DNA of 64,000 nt from a virus, in the IMG/VR virus record IMGVR_UViG_3300030101_003608, positions 46,526-110,525 of that record; one strand, given 5' to 3'. Shown in pieces: positions 10,364 to 20,696 of the stretch. Made by a program: the position numbers and the translations under genes. The notes under the pieces are model-generated. The model saw only the letters and a program-made list of their open reading frames with translations, was not told where the DNA came from and did not search any database. The first letter of the stretch is position 1; each line of letters opens with the position of its first letter.

Positions 10364-11863
10364 TTATCCTATAACTAATAAGTCAGTTACATTTCTAGTA
10401 GGATGATCTATTGTAAAAGTTGTAGAATTTACCAAAGCTATAAGTAAACCTTCTGTTACATCATTTAAACCATCAAAGGCTCTTATTTGAACATAAGTCT
10501 CACCAACACCGTGAGTAATAGAAAGTGGAGTAACGGTTCCAGCAGTCCAACCAACACCAGATAGCAGTTGTCTTTGTACATCAGCAACTATAGTAACAGA
10601 AACTGCATCACTACTAAGACTAATACCATCACCAGCAGTAAGACCTTTATTTGCCAACGCAGGTCCTGTACCATCATTTACTAAAGTTTCAGTACCTCCA
10701 GCTGAAGTTAATGCTACACTTGTTGCTGGAGAAGTATTTTCAATTTCCAAAGTATCCGTTGCAGGATCTATTGTAGTTGTAATACCACCTGCCCCAATAA
10801 CATTTAAAATATCAGTGTCAGTATCAGCATCTACAGCACCAACATCACCAACAAACCTTGTCCATACATTTTGATCAACATTTGGAAGCGTGTTTTCAAT
10901 TTTTAAAGTATCTGTTAGTGGGTCTATTGTAGTTTGAATACCACCTCCATTTCCAACAACAGCTAAGACATCATTAGTAGTATCAGCATTTACTAAAGTA
11001 CCATCATCAGCAGTAAATCTTGTCCATACATTTTTACTATTTACCAATGGACTAGCTGCAGTACCATCACCGCTAAGACCAGAAGCAGAATCTATTGATA
11101 AACCTGCAAATGAAATTCTAATCGCATCTGTACTAGGAACGGTGCTTCCATTTAAATAGATTGCTTCACCTGCTACAAAGTTTAATGTATCTCCAGGAGC
11201 CTCTGCAGTTTGAAGATCTGTAGGATTATTATTTGGTCCCCATGTAAATCCTGCATCTGGATTAATTTTAGCAGTTACAAAATTATTTTGGTGAGTAACT
11301 GTACCAGTTGTAAATGCTGCACCCGTTACATGACCAAATGTATCAAAACTAAAACTAGCAGCTTGTAAAAAGGTATTACCTGTACCAGTAACAGCTAGTG
11401 GAGAAACCACAGTAGATGTATCTTGATGAGATATAGTTACTGTTCCTGCTCCAGTATCTACTGCTACATCAATTGCAGGTCCAGCTAATATTTTTGCTAA
11501 AATTTGATTAGTAATGATGGGAGCAAAGTATACTTCAAATTGAGCCATATCAGCAGATACAGTATAAGTTGTTACATCTGTAACAGGATCTGTTGTAGGA
11601 ACTACATCAATAAACGTGCTACCCGCTACTACACTAGCAGGTGGTGCCACTTTACTACATACATAGTTTACTAATTTTGTGATAGCCTCATCTAAATAAT
11701 CATTTCTAGAAATTACAGTATCTCCATCACACGTTAAATCTACTCCTGTATAAACAATGCATTGCATGTTAAACACTTCAGAGCAGGCTGGTGGACACGT
11801 TACTGAAACCACATGAGTTCCAGAGCATCCACAACTAGGGGTATTACAATTTGTACAAGCCAT
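10364..11863 (-). CDS. Tail fibre-like structural protein with internal tandem repeat
   Basis: Cys-rich N-terminus (CIVYTG), T/G/A/D-rich; two copies of NVWTRFxxDxG..ADTxxDxLxVxGxGGIxTTIDPxTDTLxIENT. Confidence 0.55.
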   Translation of the reverse strand: MACTNCNTPSCGCSGTHVVSVTCPPACSEVFNMQCIVYTGVDLTCDGDTVISRNDYLDEAITKLVNYVCSKVAPPASVVAGSTFIDVVPTTDPVTDVTTYTVSADMAQFEVYFAPIITNQILAKILAGPAIDVAVDTGAGTVTISHQDTSTVVSPLAVTGTGNTFLQAASFSFDTFGHVTGAAFTTGTVTHQNNFVTAKINPDAGFTWGPNNNPTDLQTAEAPGDTLNFVAGEAIYLNGSTVPSTDAIRISFAGLSIDSASGLSGDGTAASPLVNSKNVWTRFTADDGTLVNADTTNDVLAVVGNGGGIQTTIDPLTDTLKIENTLPNVDQNVWTRFVGDVGAVDADTDTDILNVIGAGGITTTIDPATDTLEIENTSPATSVALTSAGGTETLVNDGTGPALANKGLTAGDGISLSSDAVSVTIVADVQRQLLSGVGWTAGTVTPLSITHGVGETYVQIRAFDGLNDVTEGLLIALVNSTTFTIDHPTRNVTDLLVIG

Positions 11864-11910
11864 TTTATTTTTATTTTAATTTATATATATAATTTTTAAT
11901 TTTTTACTTT

Positions 11911-13575
11911 TTAATAACATGTAGTCTCTACAATGTCTGCATCACAAGCTAAAAATGCAGTTAAACCTTCTATAGTTGCAAAAAATCCTCCTAAGTTACC
12001 AGAGTCTCCTGCATCACATGTAAAAGGCCATGTATAATCTGATCCATCAAAGTCAGTTTCTCCAACAAGGTTATTTGCACCTGCTGCTGGGAAGTTATGA
12101 ATATCAGTATCAGTATTAATATAATTAGGAATACTTTCTCCTGATCTAACATTACTTGTTATAAATCTTAGATGAGAGCCTCCTATAACTCCTGTAGCAG
12201 AAGAAATTTGTTCTTGATCTCTTAGAGATGCAATATACAATACACCTGCTTCTGTTATTGCTATTCTAGATGCAGCTGTTAAAGAAGTACCTACTGTTCC
12301 TGTAATTATAATAGGTCTATTTAATACAGCAGGATAAGGCATTCTATAATCAGCATCTAAATTATTTGTTGTTACTGCTGTAGGTATTACACTTAATCCA
12401 CCATTAAACGAAATTACTCCACCAGTACTAATTGATACTGCACCTGCTCCACTAGTTCCTGGAATACAAGTTGGTATATTATTATAATCAGAATAACTAG
12501 ATAATCCATGAATACCTCCTGCACCATTATCAAGTGGCACAAAAACATACCCTCTAAAGTGAAGAACATTTCCTATTCTTCTTACTTGAGGTTTAGTAGC
12601 TGTTCCAGAATAAAAATCAAACCCATTAAGATCTACCCAACCCGTATCCTTAACTTTTGCTGATATTTCTAAATCTGCTGTTATACTTAATTGTACAGTA
12701 TTTGTCTCTTGAACAGTTACCGCTGTAGGTGGTAAACTTGCATAAATATCATAAATAGCTAACCATATGTTTGTTATAGTATCTGATACTGTTCCTGGAG
12801 TTGTGACCCATGTTGGATATTGAGTTTGATAATTTGCAGCAGGATTAGTTAATGTAAGATCTGTATTTGCAATTGATTGACTACCAATAGCAGTTGTTAA
12901 TGAAGCTATAGTACCTGTTACTGTATAAAAATCACACCATAATGCATCAAAAAACTGTTCTAAAATCACCTGAACCTCGCTATCTGTTGAAGCAGGTACT
13001 GTTCCAATATCACATTTTGACTGAAGTGTTAATGCGGGAAATGTAGGATCTGGTTTATTTTCTAAATTTGTTACTCTGATAGTTATGTCAGTAATTTGAT
13101 CATTCATCAAACTTATTTCTGAAACAATGCTAGCAATTTTTTCACCCATTGTTACAGCATAATCTACTAACTGCATTGTTTTTTGAGTACCTACCACAAA
13201 TTCTTCAGGCACTGTTACTACACAATCTGGACAAGTTTCACTAGCACGAGCTATACTAAAAGTAGCTCCTTTAGAAGATGCAGTTGAAGAAGCAGTTGTT
13301 CCACTTTGAACTGCACAAAGCTGATCAATTATAAACTGAACTAAAGCTTGAAAGTCTTGGGGACCACAAGCTATTGTACTAAAACATGTTAAATCATAGT
13401 TAGAAACTTTTAATGTATCTAATACTGCGCAAAGCTCTGTAGCTAGTTTATGTACTACCTCAGAAACACTATCTCCAGTACATAAATTAATGCATGGAAT
13501 GTCAGGTCCCTGCCAAACTATACAGTTTGAAGAGATAGGGCTACAAGGTTTATTATCTAAATTTAAAGGTTTCAT
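11911..13575 (-). CDS. Tail fibre / hub-associated structural protein
   Basis: N-terminal CSPISSNCIVWQGPDIPC, coiled-coil middle, DTGWVDL..VRRIGNVLHFRG typical of fibre C-terminal domains. Confidence 0.55.
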   Translation of the reverse strand: MKPLNLDNKPCSPISSNCIVWQGPDIPCINLCTGDSVSEVVHKLATELCAVLDTLKVSNYDLTCFSTIACGPQDFQALVQFIIDQLCAVQSGTTASSTASSKGATFSIARASETCPDCVVTVPEEFVVGTQKTMQLVDYAVTMGEKIASIVSEISLMNDQITDITIRVTNLENKPDPTFPALTLQSKCDIGTVPASTDSEVQVILEQFFDALWCDFYTVTGTIASLTTAIGSQSIANTDLTLTNPAANYQTQYPTWVTTPGTVSDTITNIWLAIYDIYASLPPTAVTVQETNTVQLSITADLEISAKVKDTGWVDLNGFDFYSGTATKPQVRRIGNVLHFRGYVFVPLDNGAGGIHGLSSYSDYNNIPTCIPGTSGAGAVSISTGGVISFNGGLSVIPTAVTTNNLDADYRMPYPAVLNRPIIITGTVGTSLTAASRIAITEAGVLYIASLRDQEQISSATGVIGGSHLRFITSNVRSGESIPNYINTDTDIHNFPAAGANNLVGETDFDGSDYTWPFTCDAGDSGNLGGFFATIEGLTAFLACDADIVETTCY

Positions 13576-13607
13576 ATTTCTTGTTATTTATAATATACAA
13601 ATTATTA

Positions 13608-16475
13608 TTAAGAATTGCAAGAAGAATTAGACCCAGTCTTAACACAACTATCAGTTGTTTTAGGACATGGGAACTGAGGATCATTTAAAGCTTGTAATTC
13701 TATTAGTTCTTTACTTATTAACCATTTTTCATTTAATTCAGGACAGCAATTAGATATACCGTATCTTAATGCTAATGCTTCTTTATAAGCTATTTCTGCA
13801 AAGTTACATGTAATTTTATCATACTTTTCTGAAGAGCATATAGGTGTATTATATCCAGGTTTTACTTTTCTGTTATTTGGAAAATACTGCGGACACTCTC
13901 CTATTTTAGTTTTTTGTTTAACACACTCTTCACTCTCTATAGTTTCTAACAATATAAGAGCTTGACCATCAGGCCAAACACCTTTTACCCACTGTGCATC
14001 TGTAAATATTGGACAATCCTCTGTTGATTCAAAACTACCTATGTCACTAGGAGCAACTGTACCTATAGTTTGACCTATAAACCATCCATTAAGAGCTTGA
14101 GAATACCATATATAATAAGTGATGTTTACACCTAATACAGTAATTTCAAAAGAATAAACATTTTTACCATCATTAGTTGTACCATTCCAGTTTGCATCAC
14201 CTATAAAAGATGCTCCTTCTTCTCCTTCAATTGAGATAGTAACACAGTCACAACCATTAGCAGCACCAATTACTTCAAATACATTACAATCTCCATAGTA
14301 ATTAAATATACCAGGAATTGATTCATCCCATTTTTGTACACAATGTCTTAAAGAAGACTTTCCTGAAGGAACTGTTTCTGTAGATGCAGTATCTCCATTA
14401 ATATCTATGTATGAATATACTTGTTCTTTTGTAGTTGTATTAAAAACAGTTGAACATCTTGTTACTAAAGTTTCACAATCTGTACATGTTTCAAAAGCAA
14501 CTGTTACTTCTACAGGCTGTTGACTAGGAGGTTGTCCTACACCTGCATAAAGTTCAACAGTATAGCAACCTATACAACCTTCTACTTGAACAACTTGATT
14601 TAAATAAGGTGATAAATTTGAAGGAGTAATTATTATTGCATCTGCATGTGCTGGATCACAAGGCGTTAATGTATAAAATGTAGCTAGACATGATGGGCAA
14701 TCTGTAAACTCTATAATGTTACTTATAGTAACACTGCTTGGTGGTTCATGCGTAATCTGTTCTACAAACCAGCAATTACAATCATCTTTTATAACTTTAC
14801 CTATATATGCAGATAAATCTTGAATGCTGTATGTAACTTCTCCACTTTCACAATCCGTTAATTTATATGCTATAGGACCTATACATTCTATACAGCTAGT
14901 ATATTCTTGTAATACTGTTACATCTACAGGACATTTGCAAGCATTATCATCAGAACATGGTGAAGTTATTATTGCTGTTACAGGATTACCATCAGGAAGA
15001 ACTCCTACTACCCAAACGGTTTCATCTGCTATTGGGCAACTTGTAATACCTCCTTTTATTTCTCCTATTACTTGTGCGGGTATAGTACTACCTACATTTT
15101 GACTAATTATCCAACTACCTGCAGCAGCATTTGCCCAAATATAATAAGTAACTCCAAGTACTTCTAAAATAAATACTTTTTCATTATTATGCGTACTTCC
15201 TGAATAATTAGCTAAATATGATATTCCGTTTATACTAACAGATACACATAAGCAGGTTGCTTCTGTAACAGTCCAACATCCTTCATATCCTGCTAATTCA
15301 ACTACAGAACTTGGATTTATATATTTAAATAAACTTTGGAGCGTTGAGGTTAGTATTGCATTTTGATTTGGATACTTTTCAGGTTCACAATTAATTAATT
15401 GAAAACATCTTTCAACACAAACTCCATCCTCACAAAGACCTCTTTCAACAATAACAGCTGAAGGTTCACCAGGAACTTCTTTTACTAAAGGAGGTGACTG
15501 AGCACAAAACTTATCTGGAGCATATGTAGACTGAGGATCACCATTACAATCAATATATGTAACTAATCCTGGAGCACTAATTATTTCATAACAGTTGCAA
15601 GGACAAGGTTCTGCTTCAAAACTAGTTATTTCTAAAGTTAGCACAGGATCTGTACAAACACCTTCATTTACTTCAACAAACCAAGATTCTGTAGAACCTG
15701 CTAGTGTAACGTAAGTTCCTACAGCAGCTGCAAAGTCTTCTATAGTAGTTTGTATTTGTGTTCCATCACAAGCAGTTAATAGATAACATATAGGATCACA
15801 AACTGGACATCCTACATCTGAATCAGAATAAGTACAATCATCAGCATGTATAAACTGTATATCTGCGCTAGCATCTGGAGGATAAAATAAAAGATTATAT
15901 TCTGCTATATCAGCAGGTGCTCCAGGTAAACCATCACCAACTGTACCAACTGACCAAGTATAACATTCTCCTGGAAATAAAGGATACCCTTGTACAGGAG
16001 GTGCAACAATATTATATTGCTGTACACCCGTGTATTGTAAAAGACTAAATGAAGGCATTGAACCTCCTTGACTCCCCCCTATATAAGGCTCACCTCTAAA
16101 AAATATAGCAGGACCTCCACAACAAGGGTCTGCTTTTATATAATTTTGGTCTTTTGGACCACAATCTGGGCACAAGGCTCCAGCTGAAGTACAGTCTGAA
16201 AACTTTCCTAAAGATACCGCTGTTATTGAGCTATCACTAATAAATGGATATAAAAGACCTGTTAAAGCTCTAAATTCAAAAAGATAACAGTTTCCATTAA
16301 TAAATTCAAATATTCCACCAGCTCCTGCTACTATAGTATCAGCAATATCCCAAGTATAAACACCACTTAATGCTGTAGGATCGGGTGTTGTTGGATCAAC
16401 TGTTAACCTAATATCTATAACGTTACTACCATTGCAACAATCAGTTACTCTATAGTGATAATATATAAGTGACAT
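13608..16475 (-). CDS. Large Cys-rich repeat structural protein
   Basis: 955 aa with dozens of Cys; repeated YxLTxC..DLSxYxG..CWxVE units; located in the structural module. Confidence 0.5.
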   Translation of the reverse strand: MSLIYYHYRVTDCCNGSNVIDIRLTVDPTTPDPTALSGVYTWDIADTIVAGAGGIFEFINGNCYLFEFRALTGLLYPFISDSSITAVSLGKFSDCTSAGALCPDCGPKDQNYIKADPCCGGPAIFFRGEPYIGGSQGGSMPSFSLLQYTGVQQYNIVAPPVQGYPLFPGECYTWSVGTVGDGLPGAPADIAEYNLLFYPPDASADIQFIHADDCTYSDSDVGCPVCDPICYLLTACDGTQIQTTIEDFAAAVGTYVTLAGSTESWFVEVNEGVCTDPVLTLEITSFEAEPCPCNCYEIISAPGLVTYIDCNGDPQSTYAPDKFCAQSPPLVKEVPGEPSAVIVERGLCEDGVCVERCFQLINCEPEKYPNQNAILTSTLQSLFKYINPSSVVELAGYEGCWTVTEATCLCVSVSINGISYLANYSGSTHNNEKVFILEVLGVTYYIWANAAAGSWIISQNVGSTIPAQVIGEIKGGITSCPIADETVWVVGVLPDGNPVTAIITSPCSDDNACKCPVDVTVLQEYTSCIECIGPIAYKLTDCESGEVTYSIQDLSAYIGKVIKDDCNCWFVEQITHEPPSSVTISNIIEFTDCPSCLATFYTLTPCDPAHADAIIITPSNLSPYLNQVVQVEGCIGCYTVELYAGVGQPPSQQPVEVTVAFETCTDCETLVTRCSTVFNTTTKEQVYSYIDINGDTASTETVPSGKSSLRHCVQKWDESIPGIFNYYGDCNVFEVIGAANGCDCVTISIEGEEGASFIGDANWNGTTNDGKNVYSFEITVLGVNITYYIWYSQALNGWFIGQTIGTVAPSDIGSFESTEDCPIFTDAQWVKGVWPDGQALILLETIESEECVKQKTKIGECPQYFPNNRKVKPGYNTPICSSEKYDKITCNFAEIAYKEALALRYGISNCCPELNEKWLISKELIELQALNDPQFPCPKTTDSCVKTGSNSSCNS

Positions 16476-16476
16476 T

Positions 16477-16632
16477 TTATTTTACAAATTTGTTTAAGTT
16501 ACCTTGTTTTATTTTAGCTTCATAAGCTGCTATACATGTTGAACAAACTTGTCTTCCATCTGATGCCGTTCTTTTTTGACATCCGCATGATAATTGTTTT
16601 CCACAGTTTGAACATCTTGATCCTGCTGCCAT
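16477..16632 (-). CDS. Small Cys-rich (zinc-binding-like) protein, 51 aa
   Basis: Below the ORF-track cutoff: MAAGSRCSNCGKQLSCGCQKRTASDGRQVCSTCIAAYEAKIKQGNLNKFVK; AACCAACAAA leader; fills the intergenic gap. Confidence 0.75.
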   Translation of the reverse strand: MAAGSRCSNCGKQLSCGCQKRTASDGRQVCSTCIAAYEAKIKQGNLNKFVK

Positions 16633-16655
16633 AATTTGTTGGTTTTAATTTTGGT

Positions 16656-17198
16656 TTAACAATGTCTACAATCTAATTTATTTAAAAGTTTTAGTGCATA
16701 ATTATAAAGTGTCATACCTTCTTGTTGTTCATGACAAGTTTCTACTTTAGCTTTTGCTGCATCTAAATACATTCTAATTAATCTAAGATGATTTAATTTA
16801 TCTTTTACAGCTTTAGGTGGATCACAATCTGCCACATCTATATCACATAAAATCTTTTGATATAAATCCATAGCCTGAGTCATTCTTAAATGGTTATACT
16901 CTACATAGACCACATGATTTGGATCTACTACATATTTTATTACATAAATTCCATCAGGTAAATTCACATATGATTGACCGCAGTGTTCTGTTTGCAATCC
17001 TAAATCACAAGCTGTTAAATTGCAAGATGACTCAGGTTGAAAATGAACTTCTGTAGCATAAGTATACCCAGGAACTGTAATTTGAAGTTTTGGTTCAAAA
17101 ATAGCAACCTGTGCAGAATATACACTTGTATCAAAAATCTTCATGACACAGGCATTTCCTACAGGAGGTATTTCTAAACTTAATACATGATTTGCCAT
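16656..17198 (-). CDS. Tail hub-like structural protein
   Basis: 180 aa; LPDGIYVIKY motif followed by a helical C-terminus, as in crAss hub proteins. Confidence 0.5.
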   Translation of the reverse strand: MANHVLSLEIPPVGNACVMKIFDTSVYSAQVAIFEPKLQITVPGYTYATEVHFQPESSCNLTACDLGLQTEHCGQSYVNLPDGIYVIKYVVDPNHVVYVEYNHLRMTQAMDLYQKILCDIDVADCDPPKAVKDKLNHLRLIRMYLDAAKAKVETCHEQQEGMTLYNYALKLLNKLDCRHC

Positions 17199-17210
17199 AT
17201 TAGATGAAAT

Positions 17211-17249
17211 AAAAAAAGGGAGAGGAGAAATTAGATCTCACTCTCCCTT
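17211..17249 (-). terminator. Intrinsic terminator
   Basis: AAGGGAGAG/CTCTCCCTT stem plus 7-U tract on the minus strand after 17269..18666. Confidence 0.75.
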
Positions 17250-17268
17250 ATATGAGTAATTAATTATA

Positions 17269-18666
17269 TTATACTGCTACAATAATACTTGCAGCGGCAC
17301 ATGCAACACCTGCCTCAGCAGCTTGTGCAACACAGTCATTACCAACAGCATCTGTTACAACTTTAATATCATCTGCAAGATTAACAAGCTGAGTATTTAA
17401 TGCAGCACCTGCACCTGTTTCAGCAGCAATCTCAAGTAAGTATTGATCATTATCAAATGTACCTGTTGGATTGTTGTATCTTGGAATGCTATGTAAGATA
17501 AATAATCTGTCATATAATGCAGTTCTATTTACTTGACCAGCAGCAGTACCTAACATATCATTTCCTTGAGTAATCTCACGGATTCTTAAGTCAGTTGCAA
17601 AAGGAACTTGTCTGTAAGATTCAGATAAGATAAAATCTCTTGCTACAGTCTCACCAAGTCCTTGTGGTTTTCTACCTTTACACTCATGCTCAATACATAT
17701 TCCCGTAAACTCACATGGATCACCATTTAAATCTACTTCAGAAGCAAATAACCTTAGAGGCTCAGTTCCGTAGAAATCTGAAGGTTGGAAAGTACAATCT
17801 CCAAACTTAGTTTCTTCGTAAGCACCAACTAGTGTTAAACCTGCACAATCTCCAACAGCAAATGCTGATGTATATGCATCTACAGTACTAATAGTTGGAC
17901 CAGCACCTTGACCAGTTACAGCTTGAACTGCAGCTTGAGCAGCAGCTACAAATCCAGCAGCAGCTATATCAAAACCTTCTGGATATAAAAGTGTAGTTAT
18001 ATGACCAGCAGCAACATCAGCTGCAGAAGCTACACTAACTACAGGAATGATAAATGGAGCTGGATTAGAGTTACCATTAGGACCAGCACCTGTAAGAATG
18101 ACACTTTCACTAATTCCTTTTGCCCACTGAATCATTACAAGCGCTGGATCTACAGCAACAGGAGCAACAGCTCCATCTGGACAACATCCAGTGTAAGCAG
18201 TAATTTCTTGATATGCTTGATGATTTAACATTCTTAATGCAGCAGATCCTTTTACATCTACTCTTAAGTGATAGTTCTCACCACATAAGAAAGTTGGACA
18301 ACAACCAGCATTACCTACAGTACTTGGTGTAGTACCAATATTTAAAATAGACTGTTGAGCAGGATTTGCTTTGTTAGTCCATACTTTGGTAATAAATTTA
18401 GGATTAATACCTTTTGATTTAATTGATTCTGTATATCCACCGTGAAAAGGTCCAACTTTGTCATCTGCATAAGGAGCACCTGATGCAATAACAAATTGAC
18501 ATTTTGATGGGGTAGCCACATCTAGTGGAGCCCAAGTCTTTGCATCATACAAAGATAATTGTCCTGAAGTTAGTGCACCACTGGCAGTAGAAGCTGGAGC
18601 TACTACAGGATCAACATACGCATCCATAATGAATGTCTTTCTAAAAGCGTGATTAAAATAAGCCAT
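17269..18666 (-). CDS. Probable auxiliary capsid protein (abundant structural protein)
   Basis: 465 aa, Ala-rich, own promoter-like element and terminator; position between ring and hub genes as in crAss-like phages. Confidence 0.5.
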   Translation of the reverse strand: MAYFNHAFRKTFIMDAYVDPVVAPASTASGALTSGQLSLYDAKTWAPLDVATPSKCQFVIASGAPYADDKVGPFHGGYTESIKSKGINPKFITKVWTNKANPAQQSILNIGTTPSTVGNAGCCPTFLCGENYHLRVDVKGSAALRMLNHQAYQEITAYTGCCPDGAVAPVAVDPALVMIQWAKGISESVILTGAGPNGNSNPAPFIIPVVSVASAADVAAGHITTLLYPEGFDIAAAGFVAAAQAAVQAVTGQGAGPTISTVDAYTSAFAVGDCAGLTLVGAYEETKFGDCTFQPSDFYGTEPLRLFASEVDLNGDPCEFTGICIEHECKGRKPQGLGETVARDFILSESYRQVPFATDLRIREITQGNDMLGTAAGQVNRTALYDRLFILHSIPRYNNPTGTFDNDQYLLEIAAETGAGAALNTQLVNLADDIKVVTDAVGNDCVAQAAEAGVACAAASIIVAV

Positions 18667-18746
18667 TGTTTTTTGTTTTTAATTTTATAAATAAATAAAT
18701 AATATACTATAATATACTAAAAGTTTTTTAATTAATCAAATTAAGA

Positions 18747-19445
18747 TTAATTATTTCTTTCAGCAGTTTGCGAACCTCTTGGATATTGTACTGGTGATTC
18801 TATATCTCCAGCTAATATACTAACAGCTTCATCAATAATTACTTCAATAATATCATCCTTAAATTCAGATTCTACTTCTACCAAAGTTTCTTGATTAGTA
18901 TAAGGATCTACACAACCTTGTATTTGAATTTTTCTAGGTTGTCTATAATAGACTAAGTCTGCTTGTGATATTTCAAATTCATCATTAGTGTAAATATGAA
19001 TTTGATTATCAATTAATGTAATAAAAGTTTCTCCCCATTCAAATGAAGGTTGCTTAGATTTATCTCTTAACAATTGATTTAAATTACCTTCCTCTGCAAG
19101 ATATACCGTCATTCTTCTATCTTTACAACAATCCTGACATGCAAATACATCTACTCTTTTAAACTGTAAATAGTTTTCAGGAATAGATCCTCGGAAATGA
19201 TCTTTCTTATCAGTCAATGAAAGTTGATTATCAGAAAGTAATACCTGAAGATCATCTTTTCTTCTAGTAGATTGTTCATCACCTTCTTTAACAATATTAA
19301 GACCATGCAATTGTCTTCTGCACCATTCTACTTGTGCTTTATTAAAAGCCTCAACAGCTTGCCAACATTCTATATTATCATAGTCTTGACTATCAAGCTT
19401 GTTAACTCTTTGTTTTAATTTTATGACTATTGCGCTATTTAACAT
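18747..19445 (-). CDS. Tail ring protein
   Basis: 232 aa; NKLDSQDY..FNKAQ..DDLQVL..YYRQPRKI..EVIIDEAV pattern of crAss ring 3/4/5 type. Confidence 0.6.
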   Translation of the reverse strand: MLNSAIVIKLKQRVNKLDSQDYDNIECWQAVEAFNKAQVEWCRRQLHGLNIVKEGDEQSTRRKDDLQVLLSDNQLSLTDKKDHFRGSIPENYLQFKRVDVFACQDCCKDRRMTVYLAEEGNLNQLLRDKSKQPSFEWGETFITLIDNQIHIYTNDEFEISQADLVYYRQPRKIQIQGCVDPYTNQETLVEVESEFKDDIIEVIIDEAVSILAGDIESPVQYPRGSQTAERNN

Positions 19446-19654
19446 TATTTCTTTTTCTTTCTTAGTTTACCTAATGTAATTGCAAATCTAGCACGTTGAG
19501 CAGTCTTACCTTTACCCTTAGCTTTTTCTCTAAGCCAAGATTTTTTAATTCTCTTATTCTTTTTATCATAACCACCTTGTCTTTTAGCAGTAGCTGTAAG
19601 AGAACCTGGCTTTTTGATTGCCTTCTTGATATTTAACTTCTTCTTTTGTGCCAT
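19445..19654 (-). CDS. Small Lys/Arg-rich protein
   Basis: IKKAIKKPGSL..RARFAITLGKL; very basic. Confidence 0.7.
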   Translation of the reverse strand: MAQKKKLNIKKAIKKPGSLTATAKRQGGYDKKNKRIKKSWLREKAKGKGKTAQRARFAITLGKLRKKKK

Positions 19655-19656
19655 TT

Positions 19657-19722
19657 TTAATATTCCCAGTAGATAAAAATTTGATCATTTTCTTCTTCTG
19701 GTTCTTTAAAAGTTTTATTCAT
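19657..19722 (-). CDS. Possible 21-aa micro-ORF
   Basis: MNKTFKEPEEENDQIFIYWEY; directly after a TTTGTATATT element; stop lies 2 nt before the next ATG. Confidence 0.4.
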   Translation of the reverse strand: MNKTFKEPEEENDQIFIYWEY

Positions 19723-19744
19723 ATAGTAATATACAAAAAAATGA

Positions 19745-20017
19745 TCAGCATTTCCATCTTCTCCTAGCTTTTCTCAAACGGCTGTTTGGATCTTTAGCAG
19801 CTTTAGGAAACTTTTTCATTTGACCAAGAGATCTTGCACAATAACTTTTCTTTCTAGCTCCACCACCTGGTTGAGGTGCTTTAAGATTAGAGCCAGTCTT
19901 TCTATTAATCATTTTACGGCCTTTAGCAGTAAGACCACCTTTCTTAGACTTACAACCATTCTTGATTGTACAGCCTTTCATAGCTCCTTTTTTCTTACTA
20001 CTTTTTTTAGTTGCCAT
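19745..20017 (-). CDS. Small basic protein (family common in aquatic phages)
   Basis: GGLTAKGR..GSNLKAPQ..RKKSYCARS..KDPNSRLRKARRRWKC. Confidence 0.7.
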   Translation of the reverse strand: MATKKSSKKKGAMKGCTIKNGCKSKKGGLTAKGRKMINRKTGSNLKAPQPGGGARKKSYCARSLGQMKKFPKAAKDPNSRLRKARRRWKC

Positions 20018-20232
20018 TACTTTTTCTTTTTAAGTCTACGCTTATCGTGATTATATCCTTTAGCTTTTAATTCAAGATGCTTTTTCATTGTACCAGCCCT
20101 AACAGCTTTACCTGATTTTGAATACATCATGTGAGCTTTAAACTTCTTCTTAGCAGTGCTTTTCTTAGCTCCACCTTTTTTCATTTTAGCCATTTTAGTA
20201 GCATCTTTAGTCATTACTTTTGCATATGCCAT
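20017..20232 (-). CDS. Small basic protein
   Basis: Lys-rich; MKKGG motif; FKAHMMY..HLELKAKGYNH. Confidence 0.7.
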   Translation of the reverse strand: MAYAKVMTKDATKMAKMKKGGAKKSTAKKKFKAHMMYSKSGKAVRAGTMKKHLELKAKGYNHDKRRLKKKK

Positions 20233-20504
20233 TATTTCTTTTTTTTAGTTGTTTTTCTTTTTCTTATAGCACTGGTTCTTCTACCCATGCCAACTCTTTT
20301 CTTTTCTGCAACAGCTTTTGTCTTTTGTGACTTAGACATAGAACCCCAGGTTCTAGGAGTCTTTTTAGAAATTTTTTTACTAGGTCTACACTTCTTAGTT
20401 TTCTTATTCTTAGAAGAGCCGCAAGGATTTCCTTTCTCATCCTTCCACTTTTCTTTAAACCACCTTTTCAGTGCAAGACCCTTAGCTGTTTTTCTTACTG
20501 CCAT
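20232..20504 (-). CDS. Small basic protein
   Basis: LKRWFKEKW..CG..CRPSKKIS..TP; Lys-rich. Confidence 0.7.
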   Translation of the reverse strand: MAVRKTAKGLALKRWFKEKWKDEKGNPCGSSKNKKTKKCRPSKKISKKTPRTWGSMSKSQKTKAVAEKKRVGMGRRTSAIRKRKTTKKKK

Positions 20505-20695
20505 TATCCTATCTTACCTCTACGTTTTCTACATTTAGCAATATATCCACTTGCATAAGCAGATGGAAATACTCTATACTTAGCCTTAGCTTTATGATAG
20601 CAAGCATCTTTCTTAGACTTTTTTTTCTTAGATCCTCCTTTTCTGAAATATTCTAAAATTTCACCATCAGTATTAATTCTTCCGTAACCAGGCAT
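20504..20695 (-). CDS. Small basic protein
   Basis: FRKGG; KDACYHKAKAKYRVFPSAYASG..KCRK. Confidence 0.7.
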   Translation of the reverse strand: MPGYGRINTDGEILEYFRKGGSKKKKSKKDACYHKAKAKYRVFPSAYASGYIAKCRKRRGKIG

Positions 20696-20696
20696 C

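Noticed and set aside
10364-16475. Diversity-generating retroelement acting on fibre genes
   Set aside because: No reverse transcriptase in the window; the repeats are in-frame protein repeats rather than adenine-specific TR/VR pairs.
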